A stretch of 39,978 bases of DNA from an uncultured Planctomycetaceae bacterium (GCA_964605095.1 CAZSBS010000005.1:1-39978); one strand, 5' to 3'. Positions 18,773 through 27,984 are shown, numbered from the stretch's first letter. Notes: generated from the sequence alone by a model not told the origin. Translations and numbers: made by a program.

Positions 18773-20083
18773 ATGGCCGAGTTCTTTGCCGGAATCAGCA
18801 AGATCAAGTACGAGGGTCCCAAGTCGAAGAACCCCCTCTCGTTCAAGCACTACAACCCGGATGAAGTGATCGCGGGCAAGAAGATGGCCGACCACTTCCG
18901 CTTCTCCGTGGCCTACTGGCACTCATTCTGCAATGGCGGGGCCGATCAGTTCGGCGTCGCGACGCGCCAGATGCCCTGGGTCGTGGGCGACGCGATGCAG
19001 ACCGCTCGCAACAAAGTCCAGGCATGCTTCGAGTTCTGCCAGAAGCTCGGCGTGCGGTTCTACTGCTTCCATGACCGCGACGTTGCGCCCGAGGGCGCCA
19101 CGCTGGCTGAGAGCAATAAGAACTTCCGCGAGATCGCCAAGCTTATGAAGGCCGAGCAGGACCGCACGGGCATCAAGCCGCTCTGGGGCACGGCCTGCCT
19201 GTTCGTCCACCCGCGGTACATGCACGGTGCGGGCACGAGCTGCAACGCCGACGTGTTCGCCTACGGGGCCGCCCAGGTCGCCGAGGCCATCAGCGTGACC
19301 AAGGACCTCGGCGGCAGCGGGTATGTCTTCTGGGGCGGGCGAGAGGGCTACAAGACCCTCCTGAACACCGACATGGGGCGCGAGCTGGACAACCTCGCCC
19401 GCTTCCTCCACCTGGCCGTGGATTACAAGAAGAGCATCGGCTTTACCGGGCAGTTTTACATCGAGCCCAAGCCCAAGGAGCCGACCAAGCACCAGTACGA
19501 CAGCGACGCCGCCGCCTGCTACGCCTTCCTCCAGAAGTACGACCTGGTCAAGGATTTCAAGCTGAACATCGAGGCCAATCACGCCACGCTGGCAGGGCAC
19601 ACGTTCCACCACGAGCTCGAGTTCGCAGCCGCCAACGGGATCCTCGGCTCGATCGACGCAAACCGCGGCGACCTGCTGCTGGGCTGGGACACCGACCAGT
19701 TCCCGACGGACCTTTACGACGCGACCTGCGCGATGATGACGCTGCTGAAGTGCGGCGGATTCACAACGGGCGGGCTGAACTTCGACGCCCACGTGGCGCG
19801 CGAGTCGGTCGAGCCGGTGGACCTGTTCCACGCCCACATCGGCGGGATGGACGCCTTCGCACGCGGGCTGAAGATCGCCGCCGCCGCCGCCGAGGGCGGC
19901 GAGATCGCCAAGATCATCAAGGATCGCTACGCGAGCTGGGACAGCGGCATCGGCGCCGAGATCGAGGCCGGCAAGAAGACCATGAAGGACTTGGCCGACT
20001 ACATGCTGGCCAAGGGCAACCCGGAGGCCAACACCTCGGGCCGAACCGAACTGATCGAGAACATCCTGAATACGTACTTCTAG
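18773..20083 (+). CDS. xylA: Xylose isomerase (class II)
   Basis: [68 protein letters not shown]; AGGAG RBS. Confidence 0.97.
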   Translation: MAEFFAGISKIKYEGPKSKNPLSFKHYNPDEVIAGKKMADHFRFSVAYWHSFCNGGADQFGVATRQMPWVVGDAMQTARNKVQACFEFCQKLGVRFYCFHDRDVAPEGATLAESNKNFREIAKLMKAEQDRTGIKPLWGTACLFVHPRYMHGAGTSCNADVFAYGAAQVAEAISVTKDLGGSGYVFWGGREGYKTLLNTDMGRELDNLARFLHLAVDYKKSIGFTGQFYIEPKPKEPTKHQYDSDAAACYAFLQKYDLVKDFKLNIEANHATLAGHTFHHELEFAAANGILGSIDANRGDLLLGWDTDQFPTDLYDATCAMMTLLKCGGFTTGGLNFDAHVARESVEPVDLFHAHIGGMDAFARGLKIAAAAAEGGEIAKIIKDRYASWDSGIGAEIEAGKKTMKDLADYMLAKGNPEANTSGRTELIENILNTYF

Positions 20084-20102
20084 AGAAACGGTAGCCGGTA
20101 GG

Positions 20103-20326
20103 CAGTAGCCGGGAAAAGAAGAAAGCGGAACCTGGAATCCGGAACCTGGGAAAAGATAAAGGCGGAACCTGCTGTTGAGGCTTGCTCGCTTCAGCGAGCA
20201 TGAAAGCACGTATTGCGGAATCTGAAATCTAGAATCTGAAATCTAGAATCTGAAATCTAGAATCTGAAATCTAGAATCTGAAATCTAGAATCTGAAATCT
20301 GAAATCTAAGCCTGAAGCCTGAATCC
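20103..20326 (+). repeat. Interspersed element copy 2 (inverted relative to copy 1) with (GAATCTGAAATCTA)5 array
   Basis: CAGTAGCCGGGAAAAGAAGAAAGCGGAACC terminal motif; 67-bp core at 20164-20230; five perfect 14-mers at 20218-20287, then degenerate heptamers. Confidence 0.9.
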
Positions 20327-20367
20327 TTAACCGCGTGCGGGCTTTCTTTTGCCCCGGCTGCCCCCCC

Positions 20368-21237
20368 TCACTCGGCGCGGTGGAGGCGCAGCACGACGAT
20401 TGCCGCTGCAACCACCAACCCGGCCGCCACGTAGAGCGACCAACTCGGCGCCTCGGCGTAGATGAAGTATGCCATCACGCCGGCCAGAACGAACTGGCCG
20501 AGGTTCAGTATGCTCACCACCTGCCCGCGGAGGTGCTTCATCGAGTAGTTGAGGATCGAGTGGCCCACCACGGTCGGCACGAGGCCCAGGCCGAGAACCA
20601 GGCCCATCTCCCGCGGCGAGTACGCGCGAAACGGGTTGACGAAAAACAACGATGCCACGAAGCAGAACACCCCCGCCGCCCAGTACAGCGGGACCATGTA
20701 AAGCCACAAACTCGCAAACGCGCGGTTGCGCCGGCCCAGGGCAAGATAGACAGCCATCAGCAGCATCGAGCCGAAACAGATTCCGTCGCCGAGCAGGTAT
20801 TGCGGGCTTGCGTCGAAGTCCGTCCAGCCCAGCAGGGCCACGCCGCCGATGGCGATGACGGTGGCCAGAAACTCGCCCGCGGTCAGCCGCTCGCGGACCA
20901 GGACGAACATCAGAAGCGGCATGACGATGGGGACCATGTTCACGATCAGGCTGGCGTTGACCGCCTTCGTGTAGCCGACGCCGATGATCCACGAGACGAA
21001 GTGGGCTCCCAGCAGCAGCCCTGGCAAGAGCGTCGCGGCCAGTTGTCTTGGCCCGAGTCGGCCCGGGAAGCGACGCATGTCGCGAAGCATCAGCGGCGTC
21101 AGGACAATCGCCGCGACGAACAGCCGAAGCGCCGCCAGCAGCACCGGGTCCAGCGTGGCTGGACGCGCCTTGATCATTATCACCGCCGTCGAACAGGCGA
21201 AAACGCCAAAGACAAGAACCAGCACTCGAAAAAACAC
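20368..21237 (-). CDS. DMT/EamA family transporter
   Basis: About 10 hydrophobic segments; LLLGAHFVSW, LVRERL, PTVVGHSILNYSMK; GTG start with AGGAG. Confidence 0.88.
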   Translation of the reverse strand: MFFRVLVLVFGVFACSTAVIMIKARPATLDPVLLAALRLFVAAIVLTPLMLRDMRRFPGRLGPRQLAATLLPGLLLGAHFVSWIIGVGYTKAVNASLIVNMVPIVMPLLMFVLVRERLTAGEFLATVIAIGGVALLGWTDFDASPQYLLGDGICFGSMLLMAVYLALGRRNRAFASLWLYMVPLYWAAGVFCFVASLFFVNPFRAYSPREMGLVLGLGLVPTVVGHSILNYSMKHLRGQVVSILNLGQFVLAGVMAYFIYAEAPSWSLYVAAGLVVAAAIVVLRLHRAE

Positions 21238-21311
21238 GCACGAACTCCTGGTTTACCGCCGCCTAACCACTACTGCCTTCCTGGCCGGGGCGTCTATAAT
21301 GCCGCAGGGAC

Positions 21312-22472
21312 ATGACCAAGGCAAACGAACAGTTCATGCTGCGTGCGATCGAGCTGGCCCGGCAGGGCCTGGGCGCGGTGGAGCCCAACCCGATGGTCGG
21401 GGCAGTTATTGTGCGCGACGGACGGGTGCTGGGTGAGGGATGGCACCAACTCTTCGGCGGGCCGCACGCGGAGGTCGAGGCGCTCGCCGCGGCCAAAGCC
21501 GGCGGATCGGACGTCCGCGGCGCTACCATGTACGTCACGCTGGAGCCGTGTAACCATCACGGCAAAACGCCGCCCTGCACCGAGGCGATCATCGCATCAG
21601 GGATTGTTCGCGTCGCCGCGGCAATGGAGGATCCCGACAAGCTCGTCGCCGGGCGGGGCCTCGCCAAGCTCCGCGCCGCCGGAATCGAGGTCGAGGTCGG
21701 CCTCTGTGAAGTCGAGGCTCGCGAGTTGCTGGCCCCGTACATCAAGCTTCGCACTCGCAAGCGCCCTTGGGTGATCTGCAAGTGGGCGCAAACGTCGGAT
21801 GGGTGCCTGGCCCTTCCCGCCGGCGCCGAGCCCCCTGGGGGATCCGAAAGGTGGATCTCCGGCGATAAATCCCGCGCAATGGTGCATGAGCTTCGCGGCT
21901 ATTGCGACGGCATTTGCGTCGGCAGCGGCACGGTGCTGGCCGACGACCCGCTGCTTACCAACCGCACGGGCCGAGGCCGACAGCCGACGCGGATCGTCCT
22001 TGACGGGCAACTGCGAACCCCGTCCGACAGCAGACTCATCGCGACGGCCTCGGCGAACGCGCCGGTCCTGCTGGCCACCACGGCTCGGACCCTGGAGGTC
22101 CAGGCGGCCTCGGCTGGGATACTGGCACGCGAGGGCGTGGAGTTCCTGGCCCTGCCGGCCGGGGCGCGAGGCGGGGTCAGCCTGGGCGCCCTGCTGGACG
22201 AGTTGGGCCGGCGAAAGTGGACCCGCCTGCTCGTCGAGGGCGGGCCAACGGTGCTCCGGCGGGTCATTTCCGAACACTTGGCCGATGAGTTGTGGGTCTT
22301 CATCTCCCCGCATGCCGCCCGCCGGGCCGCCACGGACGCCAAGCCGGGTTCGTCACCTGAAGATCAGTTGCCTCGCTTGGACATCCGCGACATCCAGGCC
22401 ACCGCCCACCTGCCCCACCCGCGGCAAAGCAAGGTAGGGCACGATACGCTCTTGAAGTTCAGACTCGCCTGA
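21312..22472 (+). CDS. ribD: Bifunctional riboflavin deaminase/reductase RibD
   Basis: PNPMVGAVIV, HAEV, YVTLEPCNHHGKTPPC, KWAQTSDG, GSGTVLADDPLLT, LLVEGGP. Confidence 0.96.
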   Translation: MTKANEQFMLRAIELARQGLGAVEPNPMVGAVIVRDGRVLGEGWHQLFGGPHAEVEALAAAKAGGSDVRGATMYVTLEPCNHHGKTPPCTEAIIASGIVRVAAAMEDPDKLVAGRGLAKLRAAGIEVEVGLCEVEARELLAPYIKLRTRKRPWVICKWAQTSDGCLALPAGAEPPGGSERWISGDKSRAMVHELRGYCDGICVGSGTVLADDPLLTNRTGRGRQPTRIVLDGQLRTPSDSRLIATASANAPVLLATTARTLEVQAASAGILAREGVEFLALPAGARGGVSLGALLDELGRRKWTRLLVEGGPTVLRRVISEHLADELWVFISPHAARRAATDAKPGSSPEDQLPRLDIRDIQATAHLPHPRQSKVGHDTLLKFRLA

Positions 22473-22583
22473 CAAGGACGCTATCCCCAGGAAAGGCCAA
22501 GGGCGGGCCGGCACGCCCACACGCGGGAAACGCGCCGACCCGCCCGACATTTTTTGCATTGCTCGTGCGACAGGTCCCTTGCG

Positions 22584-22772
22584 TCAGCCTCGCAGATCGC
22601 AGTAGCTTTCCTCCGCACGGACGCTGGTAACGACGTCTTCGTACTTGCGCGGCGCCGGGCCGTCCCAGGAACACTGGAACTTGATCATCGCTTCAGTGGG
22701 GCTACCGGCCTCGACGACCATCTCGGCCTCGCCACGTGCGTCCGGCTTGCGATATCGAATCCTGTACGTCAT
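22584..22772 (-). CDS. Small hypothetical protein (62 aa)
   Basis: GGAGGAGG RBS upstream of ATG; TTGCCA-18-TATAAT promoter at 22862-22833; fills an otherwise empty gap. Confidence 0.65.
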   Translation of the reverse strand: MTYRIRYRKPDARGEAEMVVEAGSPTEAMIKFQCSWDGPAPRKYEDVVTSVRAEESYCDLRG

Positions 22773-22873
22773 GCTCAGCCTCCTCCGCCTCGGATCGAAG
22801 GCAAACTACGATTCGCACCACCCCTTCAGCAAATTATAGGGCTGGAAAAGTGGAACTGGCAAAAAGGGCGCAC

Positions 22874-22994
22874 TAGAGCAGTTTAAGTTTTTGTGTAGCA
22901 GGTCGGCCGTCGCCGAGGACGAGCCAGGCAAGGAAGCCGAAGCAGGCGACGCCACAGGCAGGCCGAACGCTACAGAAAAAGTTAAGCTGCTCTA
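22874..22994. mobile_element. 121-bp MITE-like element with TA-bounded 26-bp terminal inverted repeats
   Basis: TAGAGCAGTTTAAGTTTTTGTGTAGC ... GCTACAGAAAAAGTTAAGCTGCTCTA (23/26 complementary); inner pairings TCGGCC/GGCCGA and GTCGCC/GGCGAC; no credible gene inside. Confidence 0.75.
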
Positions 22995-23051
22995 AAGAGG
23001 CGGGCGGGGGAACATCCTGTGGGCTGGGGAACTCGCGCGAGCGGAAAGCCC

Positions 23052-24020
23052 TTATCGCAGCGCCTCGCGGATGCCAAGGGCTATGGCGCGGGCGACCTTG
23101 CGCTGGTAGCCGGTGCTTCCGAGCATCGCGGCCTCGGCGCGGTTGGTCAGGAAGCCGAGTTCGATAAGCACCGCCGGAGTGCGGGATAACACCAGCACGC
23201 GGTAGCTGGCGTTCTTGACGCCCCGGCTTGGCGAGCAGTTGTCGCACATCCGCCGCAGGATCGCATTTGCCGCCGACATGGAATCCTTGTTGGGGCTGCG
23301 GTCCACATAGGCCGTAAAGCCGCTGGCCGAGCGGTTCGCCGCCGCGTCGGCGTGGATGCTCACGAACAGATCCGCCCGCACCCGTGCCGCGACGGCGGGC
23401 CGGTCCTCAAGCTCGATGAACCGGTCGTCCGACCGGGTCATGATAACCTCGACACCCATGGCCGTAAGCTCCGCCGCCACCATCCTGGCCACGCCGAGCA
23501 CCAGATCCTTCTCGTGGTAGCCCAGCACGCTGGTGGCACCCGGGTCCTTCCCGCCGTGGCCCGGGTCAAGAACAACCCTGCCGATCGTTCCCGCGGGATG
23601 CCTGGGCGGCTCGAGAGGCTGGACAACGCCCGAATTGTGGACGCCCTGGTTGTCCTGGCCGTTTCCCGACCTCAGTGACGCGCGAATCCGCCCGACCAGC
23701 GGCGCCGGCACCATCAATGTCCCATCGCCGGACTCGATGCCTCCGCTATCGGCCAGGCAGCGCCCGTTGACGTATACTTCCCCGGCCGGGTCGGAGTACA
23801 TCACCACCACGTTGTTGCCGCCGCGAAGCGTGGCACTTGTGCGGCTGGTATGCACGACGGTCAGGCCCAGTTGGCCGGCCGCGGCGTAAGTGTCAAACTT
23901 CGGGACCGGGTCGCCGAAGATGTTCGTGATGCCCGTTTCAGGGCCGCAGCCCGCCAGCGGCGCCGCAATGACCAAGGCCAGAAGCGGCATGAGGCGAAAC
24001 TTGCTTGTCATTGCGGCCAT
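23052..24020 (-). CDS. N-acetylmuramoyl-L-alanine amidase (Amidase_3) lipoprotein
   Basis: Lipobox LAGC; VVLDPGHGGKDPGA, EKDLVL, MTRSDD, FVSIHAD, PAVLIELGFLTN. Confidence 0.92.
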   Translation of the reverse strand: MAAMTSKFRLMPLLALVIAAPLAGCGPETGITNIFGDPVPKFDTYAAAGQLGLTVVHTSRTSATLRGGNNVVVMYSDPAGEVYVNGRCLADSGGIESGDGTLMVPAPLVGRIRASLRSGNGQDNQGVHNSGVVQPLEPPRHPAGTIGRVVLDPGHGGKDPGATSVLGYHEKDLVLGVARMVAAELTAMGVEVIMTRSDDRFIELEDRPAVAARVRADLFVSIHADAAANRSASGFTAYVDRSPNKDSMSAANAILRRMCDNCSPSRGVKNASYRVLVLSRTPAVLIELGFLTNRAEAAMLGSTGYQRKVARAIALGIREALR

Positions 24021-24024
24021 CCGG

Positions 24025-24420
24025 TCACTCCTTCAGCTCGAAGGCCTCATAGCTGCCGAAGGCCTTGTCAAAATCGTATACGTCGCGGAAATCGTCGAGA
24101 CGGTCATCGTCGGTCTTTCGCATGTAATTGTTGTCGATCATCAGGTAGACCATGTTGCCGAAGTCGATGGTCTCCCGGATGTTCCACTTATTCAGCACAG
24201 CCTTGGCCAGCATGCCCCATCGCTCGACGGCCAGGTCGCACAGCCAGCGGCAGAGTTGCTCGCCGGAAACGTGGTGCTGCTGCTCGCCGCCAGCCTGGTC
24301 ACGGTAGACCTCCTGCACCGCCCGGTTAAGCCCGTCATGCAGGAACGCGAACGCCTCCGGCGGGTATCGGCCATCGTCGGCAATCACCTGCTGCATAGGT
24401 TTATTCGGCTCTTGTTCCAT
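24025..24420 (-). CDS. Verrucomicrobia/Planctomycetes-restricted protein (Minf_1886 / TIGR04138-like)
   Basis: DGRYPPEAFAFL, HVSGEQLC, WGMLAKAVLNKWNIRETIDFGNMVYLMI, DDRLDDFRDVYDF. Confidence 0.85.
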   Translation of the reverse strand: MEQEPNKPMQQVIADDGRYPPEAFAFLHDGLNRAVQEVYRDQAGGEQQHHVSGEQLCRWLCDLAVERWGMLAKAVLNKWNIRETIDFGNMVYLMIDNNYMRKTDDDRLDDFRDVYDFDKAFGSYEAFELKE

Positions 24421-24426
24421 CTGGCA

Positions 24427-25992
24427 TCAGGGTTTTCTTGGGAAAAGGCCCACGGCCTTGCCAGTCCTGGCCCCGGCGGGCAGCGCGCCCCACCGCCCCG
24501 CCACGACGAGATCGGTCGCCTCGGACCCCAGGCCCAGTTGTGCCAGGCCGGCTGCGGCGGAGACGGGCATTATCGGCGCCAGGTAAGCCAGGATCAGCCT
24601 GACCGCCTCGGCGCAGTCATAGAGTATGCCGCCAAGCCTGACGCGCTGGGCGGCGTCCTTGGCGAGCTTGAACGGCTCGGTCACCTCTATGAAGCGATTC
24701 GTCGCGTCAACGAGCGTAAACAGCGCGTCGAGATACTTGTGGAACTGGCAGGACGCCATGGCGGGCCCGGCGGAGTCAATCAGCCCAGCCGCCGCTTCCA
24801 TGACCGGCTGGGCGTCGGACCCGGCCTCGTTCGGCGCCGCCGCCGGGACCTCGCCGTCGAAGTACTTGCCGATCATATTCACGGTCCGGCTGAGCAGATT
24901 CCCCACGCCGTTGGCCAGGTCGGCGTTGTAGCGGGCCTTGAGCGCGTCGCGCGAGAAGTCGCCATCGGCGCCGAACGTCACCGCACGCAACAGGAAGTAC
25001 CGGTAGACATCCACCGAGTACTCGCTACAGAGTTCCGCTATTGCCTCCCGCGAGATGAAGTTGCCCAGCGTCTTGGACATCTTCTTGCCCTCGCTGGTCC
25101 ACCACCCGTGGGCGAAGACGCACTTGGGCAGCGGCAGGTCCAGCGCCATCAGCATGCAAGGCCAGTACACGGCGTGGAACCACAGGATGTCCTTGCCTAT
25201 GAGATGCACGTCGCAAGGCCAGTAGCGCTCGTCCTTGCGGTCGAACTCGTCTCCCACTGCCGGCAGGCCAAGGGCAGTGTAGTAGTTGCTCAGCGCGTCG
25301 ATCCAGACGTAAACCGAATGCGACGAGTCGTTGGGCATCGGCACGCCCCAGCCGCCAAGCTTCTCCTGCTGGCGGGAAATGCACAGGTCCTCGACGCCCT
25401 GCTTGAGCTTGCTGAGCACCTCGTTGCGCCGCGCGTCGGGCTGAATGAAGTGCTCGTTGGACTCGATGTGCGCTATGAGCTTCGGCACCCACTTGCTCAG
25501 GCGGAAAAAGTAGCTCGGCTCGCTGTAACGCACCAGCGGCCGGGAGTTGATGGGGCTCTTGTACTCGTTGTCACGCGCCGCCGACTCGGTGACGAACTCC
25601 TCCTGACCCTCGTCGTACCAGCCCTCGTACTTGCCGAGGTATATCTCGTCACGCTTGACCATCTCGCTGACCAGCGCCTGAACGCGCTTTTCGTGCCGCG
25701 GACTGCTGGTGCGGATGAAGTCGTCGTTGGTGATCTCCAGATCCCTCCAGAGCTGCTGGAAATGAACAACCACGCTGTCGGCAAGTTGCTGTGGCGTCAA
25801 ACCCTTGTCGCCGGCCGCCTTGACGATCTTTATTCCGTGCTCGTCCGTGCCGGTGAGGAAGTGAACGTCCCGCCCGGCCGCGCGGTAATAGCGCGATAAT
25901 ACGTCGGCCGCGATGGTCGTGTACGAATGCCCGATGTGCGGCGCGTCGTTGACGTAGTAGATCGGCGTCGTTACGTAATAGGTCTCGCTCAT
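24427..25992 (-). CDS. metG: Methionine--tRNA ligase (short form, no C-terminal tRNA-binding domain)
   Basis: YVTTPIYYVNDAPHIGH, FLTGTDEHG, YVWIDAL, IGKDILWFH, KMSKTLGN, LFPR end. Confidence 0.97.
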   Translation of the reverse strand: MSETYYVTTPIYYVNDAPHIGHSYTTIAADVLSRYYRAAGRDVHFLTGTDEHGIKIVKAAGDKGLTPQQLADSVVVHFQQLWRDLEITNDDFIRTSSPRHEKRVQALVSEMVKRDEIYLGKYEGWYDEGQEEFVTESAARDNEYKSPINSRPLVRYSEPSYFFRLSKWVPKLIAHIESNEHFIQPDARRNEVLSKLKQGVEDLCISRQQEKLGGWGVPMPNDSSHSVYVWIDALSNYYTALGLPAVGDEFDRKDERYWPCDVHLIGKDILWFHAVYWPCMLMALDLPLPKCVFAHGWWTSEGKKMSKTLGNFISREAIAELCSEYSVDVYRYFLLRAVTFGADGDFSRDALKARYNADLANGVGNLLSRTVNMIGKYFDGEVPAAAPNEAGSDAQPVMEAAAGLIDSAGPAMASCQFHKYLDALFTLVDATNRFIEVTEPFKLAKDAAQRVRLGGILYDCAEAVRLILAYLAPIMPVSAAAGLAQLGLGSEATDLVVAGRWGALPAGARTGKAVGLFPRKP

Positions 25993-26073
25993 GAAAGCCT
26001 AGCATCCGGGGCGAAGACCGAAAAATCAACATTGTTCTTGGGGCAACAGCAGTACCCAGTAGCCGGCTACCAG

Positions 26074-27429
26074 CTACTGCTTTGGCAATTTCGTTTTGCC
26101 CATGCGGATCAACTGCACCAGCGGAATAGCCGCCGGGCAGGTGAACGCACAACTGCCGCACTCGATGCACGCCGGCATGTGATACTTGCGGGCCAGGTCC
26201 CAGTCACTGCTGCGGGCCGCGACCGCCAGCTTGCTGGGAACCAGGTTCAATGGGCACACATCCACGCACCTGCCGCAGCGGAGGCAGTTGGTTTCCTCGG
26301 CCTTGGCCACGTCCCGGGCTGTCAGCGCCGTAATGCCGCTGGTGCCCTTGGTTACCGGCGTGTCCAGGTCGCCCAGCGCGAAGCCCATCATAGGCCCGCC
26401 GGCGATTACCCGCGAGGCGTCGGGTTTGAGCCCGCCGCAGAAATCGATCAGCTCGCGGTAACTCACGCCTATCGGCGCCAGGACGTTCGCCGGCCTGACC
26501 ACGCCCGCGCCGGTGATCGTCACGATACGGTGGGTCAGCGCCTTGCCCCGGACGACCGCCCGCGCTATTGCCGCAGCCGTGCCCACGTTCACCACCACCA
26601 CGCCCACGTCCAGAGGCAGCCCGCCCGTCGGCACAGCCAGGCCGGTGATGGCGCAGATCGCCTGCTTCTCGCCGCCCTGGGGGTACTTGGTGCGGACGAC
26701 GGCGACCTCGATGCCAGTATTCGCGGCGGCCTTGCGCATCGCCTCGATGGCCTGGGGCTTGTTGTCCTCGATGACGGCGACGATACGCTTGGCGCCGTTG
26801 GCCCTGGCCGCCAGCAGCCCGCCGCATATCGCGGCGTCGGGGAACTCCAACATCAGCCGGTAGTCGGCAGTGAGGTACGGCTCGCACTCGCAGCCGTTGA
26901 GCAGCAGCGTGTCGATAGGCTTTTTCTCGTTGCGCAGCAGCTTGACGTGCGACGGGAAGGCCGCGCCGCCAAGGCCGACTATTCCTGCTTCGCTTGCAGC
27001 GTCGGCAATCTGCTTGGGCTCGAACTGCGAGGCGTCCATCGGCCAGTGCCCGCCGAACACATCGTCCAGCAGGTCCGCGCCCGCCAGGGGCTGCGTCTCG
27101 GCCGCGGTAATCGGCACGGCCTGTACGCGCCGCCCGTTGGGCATCGTAACCGCGCATCCCAGGCCCACCTTGCCGGAGATGCTGGCATGCACGGCTGCGG
27201 ATATGAACCCGGCCGGCTTGGCGATCATCTCGCCCATCTGGACGTCCTGCTTGGTCTTGACCAGTGACTCGGCCGGGGCGCCGAGGTGCTGGACCAGCGG
27301 GATCGTCACCTGCTTTGGGGTCGGGAAAACCTCAAGCGGCGAGTCCTGGGAGAACTCCTTGTGCTCCGCCGGATGCACGCCACGGGGGAACGTGCCTGTC
27401 CCACGCGACGGTCTTGTAGAGGTCGTCAT
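26074..27429 (-). CDS. rnfC: Rnf/Rsx electron transport complex subunit C
   Basis: IPLVQHLGAP, AGIVGLGGAAFPSHVK, NGCECEPYLTAD, KYPQGGEKQ, GGPMMG, two CxxCxxCxxxCP ferredoxin motifs. Confidence 0.95.
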   Translation of the reverse strand: MTTSTRPSRGTGTFPRGVHPAEHKEFSQDSPLEVFPTPKQVTIPLVQHLGAPAESLVKTKQDVQMGEMIAKPAGFISAAVHASISGKVGLGCAVTMPNGRRVQAVPITAAETQPLAGADLLDDVFGGHWPMDASQFEPKQIADAASEAGIVGLGGAAFPSHVKLLRNEKKPIDTLLLNGCECEPYLTADYRLMLEFPDAAICGGLLAARANGAKRIVAVIEDNKPQAIEAMRKAAANTGIEVAVVRTKYPQGGEKQAICAITGLAVPTGGLPLDVGVVVVNVGTAAAIARAVVRGKALTHRIVTITGAGVVRPANVLAPIGVSYRELIDFCGGLKPDASRVIAGGPMMGFALGDLDTPVTKGTSGITALTARDVAKAEETNCLRCGRCVDVCPLNLVPSKLAVAARSSDWDLARKYHMPACIECGSCAFTCPAAIPLVQLIRMGKTKLPKQ

Positions 27430-27716
27430 AACTTCTCCTTGGCCTTTCGACCGATCAGCCGGGCCGCAACCGCGCCCACCAGAAGCCCCGCCGCCAGGCC
27501 TCCAAACGCGCCGTAGAACTGATGTGTCCGCTCCGCACCGGCCAGGACAGCCCCTGCCGTCGCCGCCGCGAGGGGCAGCAGGAACGCGCACGCCGACGAT
27601 GCCACCAGCGCCCAGCCGGTCAGTCCGCCAGGCTGCTGGCCACACTGATTGAGGGCACCGCACTTGGGGCATCCCCCGCCGCAGGCTGAAGAATCTTTCC
27701 GGTCCAAATCGCTCAC
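27426..27716 (-). CDS. RseC/MucC-like small membrane protein
   Basis: Cys cluster CGGGCPKC..C, then AFLLPL and two TM helices; its stop overlaps the rnfC start (4-bp overlap). Confidence 0.7.
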   Translation of the reverse strand: MSDLDRKDSSACGGGCPKCGALNQCGQQPGGLTGWALVASSACAFLLPLAAATAGAVLAGAERTHQFYGAFGGLAAGLLVGAVAARLIGRKAKEKL

Positions 27717-27984
27717 GTGAAACTCTTATAAAAAAGTCCATCCCGCCCAATAGCCAACAGGGACGGGACATTCCATCATACTAGCTTCCCCAAAAAGCAC
27801 AGTAAAGACCTTTCCGACGGCAATGCAAGCGTGCAGGCGCCGCACCTGTGGCCCGCACCGCCTCGTTCGGGGCGCGGATTGCTCCCGGCCTGAGTAATAC
27901 CGCCTTCCGGTTTGGCCGATACTTAACTGGCGGACAGCCCGGTGGCGGGCCAACCGCCAAACGACCTGAAACGGAGGTGTGCAA

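Noticed and set aside
8827-20230. The inverted 67-bp pair as ends of an 11.4-kb composite transposon or invertible segment
   Set aside because: No transposase or recombinase inside and no target duplication seen. The inversion is explained by each copy following the strand of its upstream gene. Homologous inversion remains possible but is unsupported.
20218-20300. Regular repeats here and at 8887-8963 as a possible CRISPR array
   Set aside because: Units are 7 or 14 bp, head to tail, with no unique spacers and no cas genes.
23890-25899. Long antisense ORFs (669 aa here; also 29050-31041, 16790-18472, 11777-13351, 36696-38033)
   Set aside because: They lie opposite well-supported genes, lack motifs, and are expected from high-GC codon bias.
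27430-27771. Extended N-terminus of RnfC (565-aa ORF)
   Set aside because: It overlaps the rseC-like gene in another frame; the AGGAG RBS and typical N-terminus support ATG 27429.
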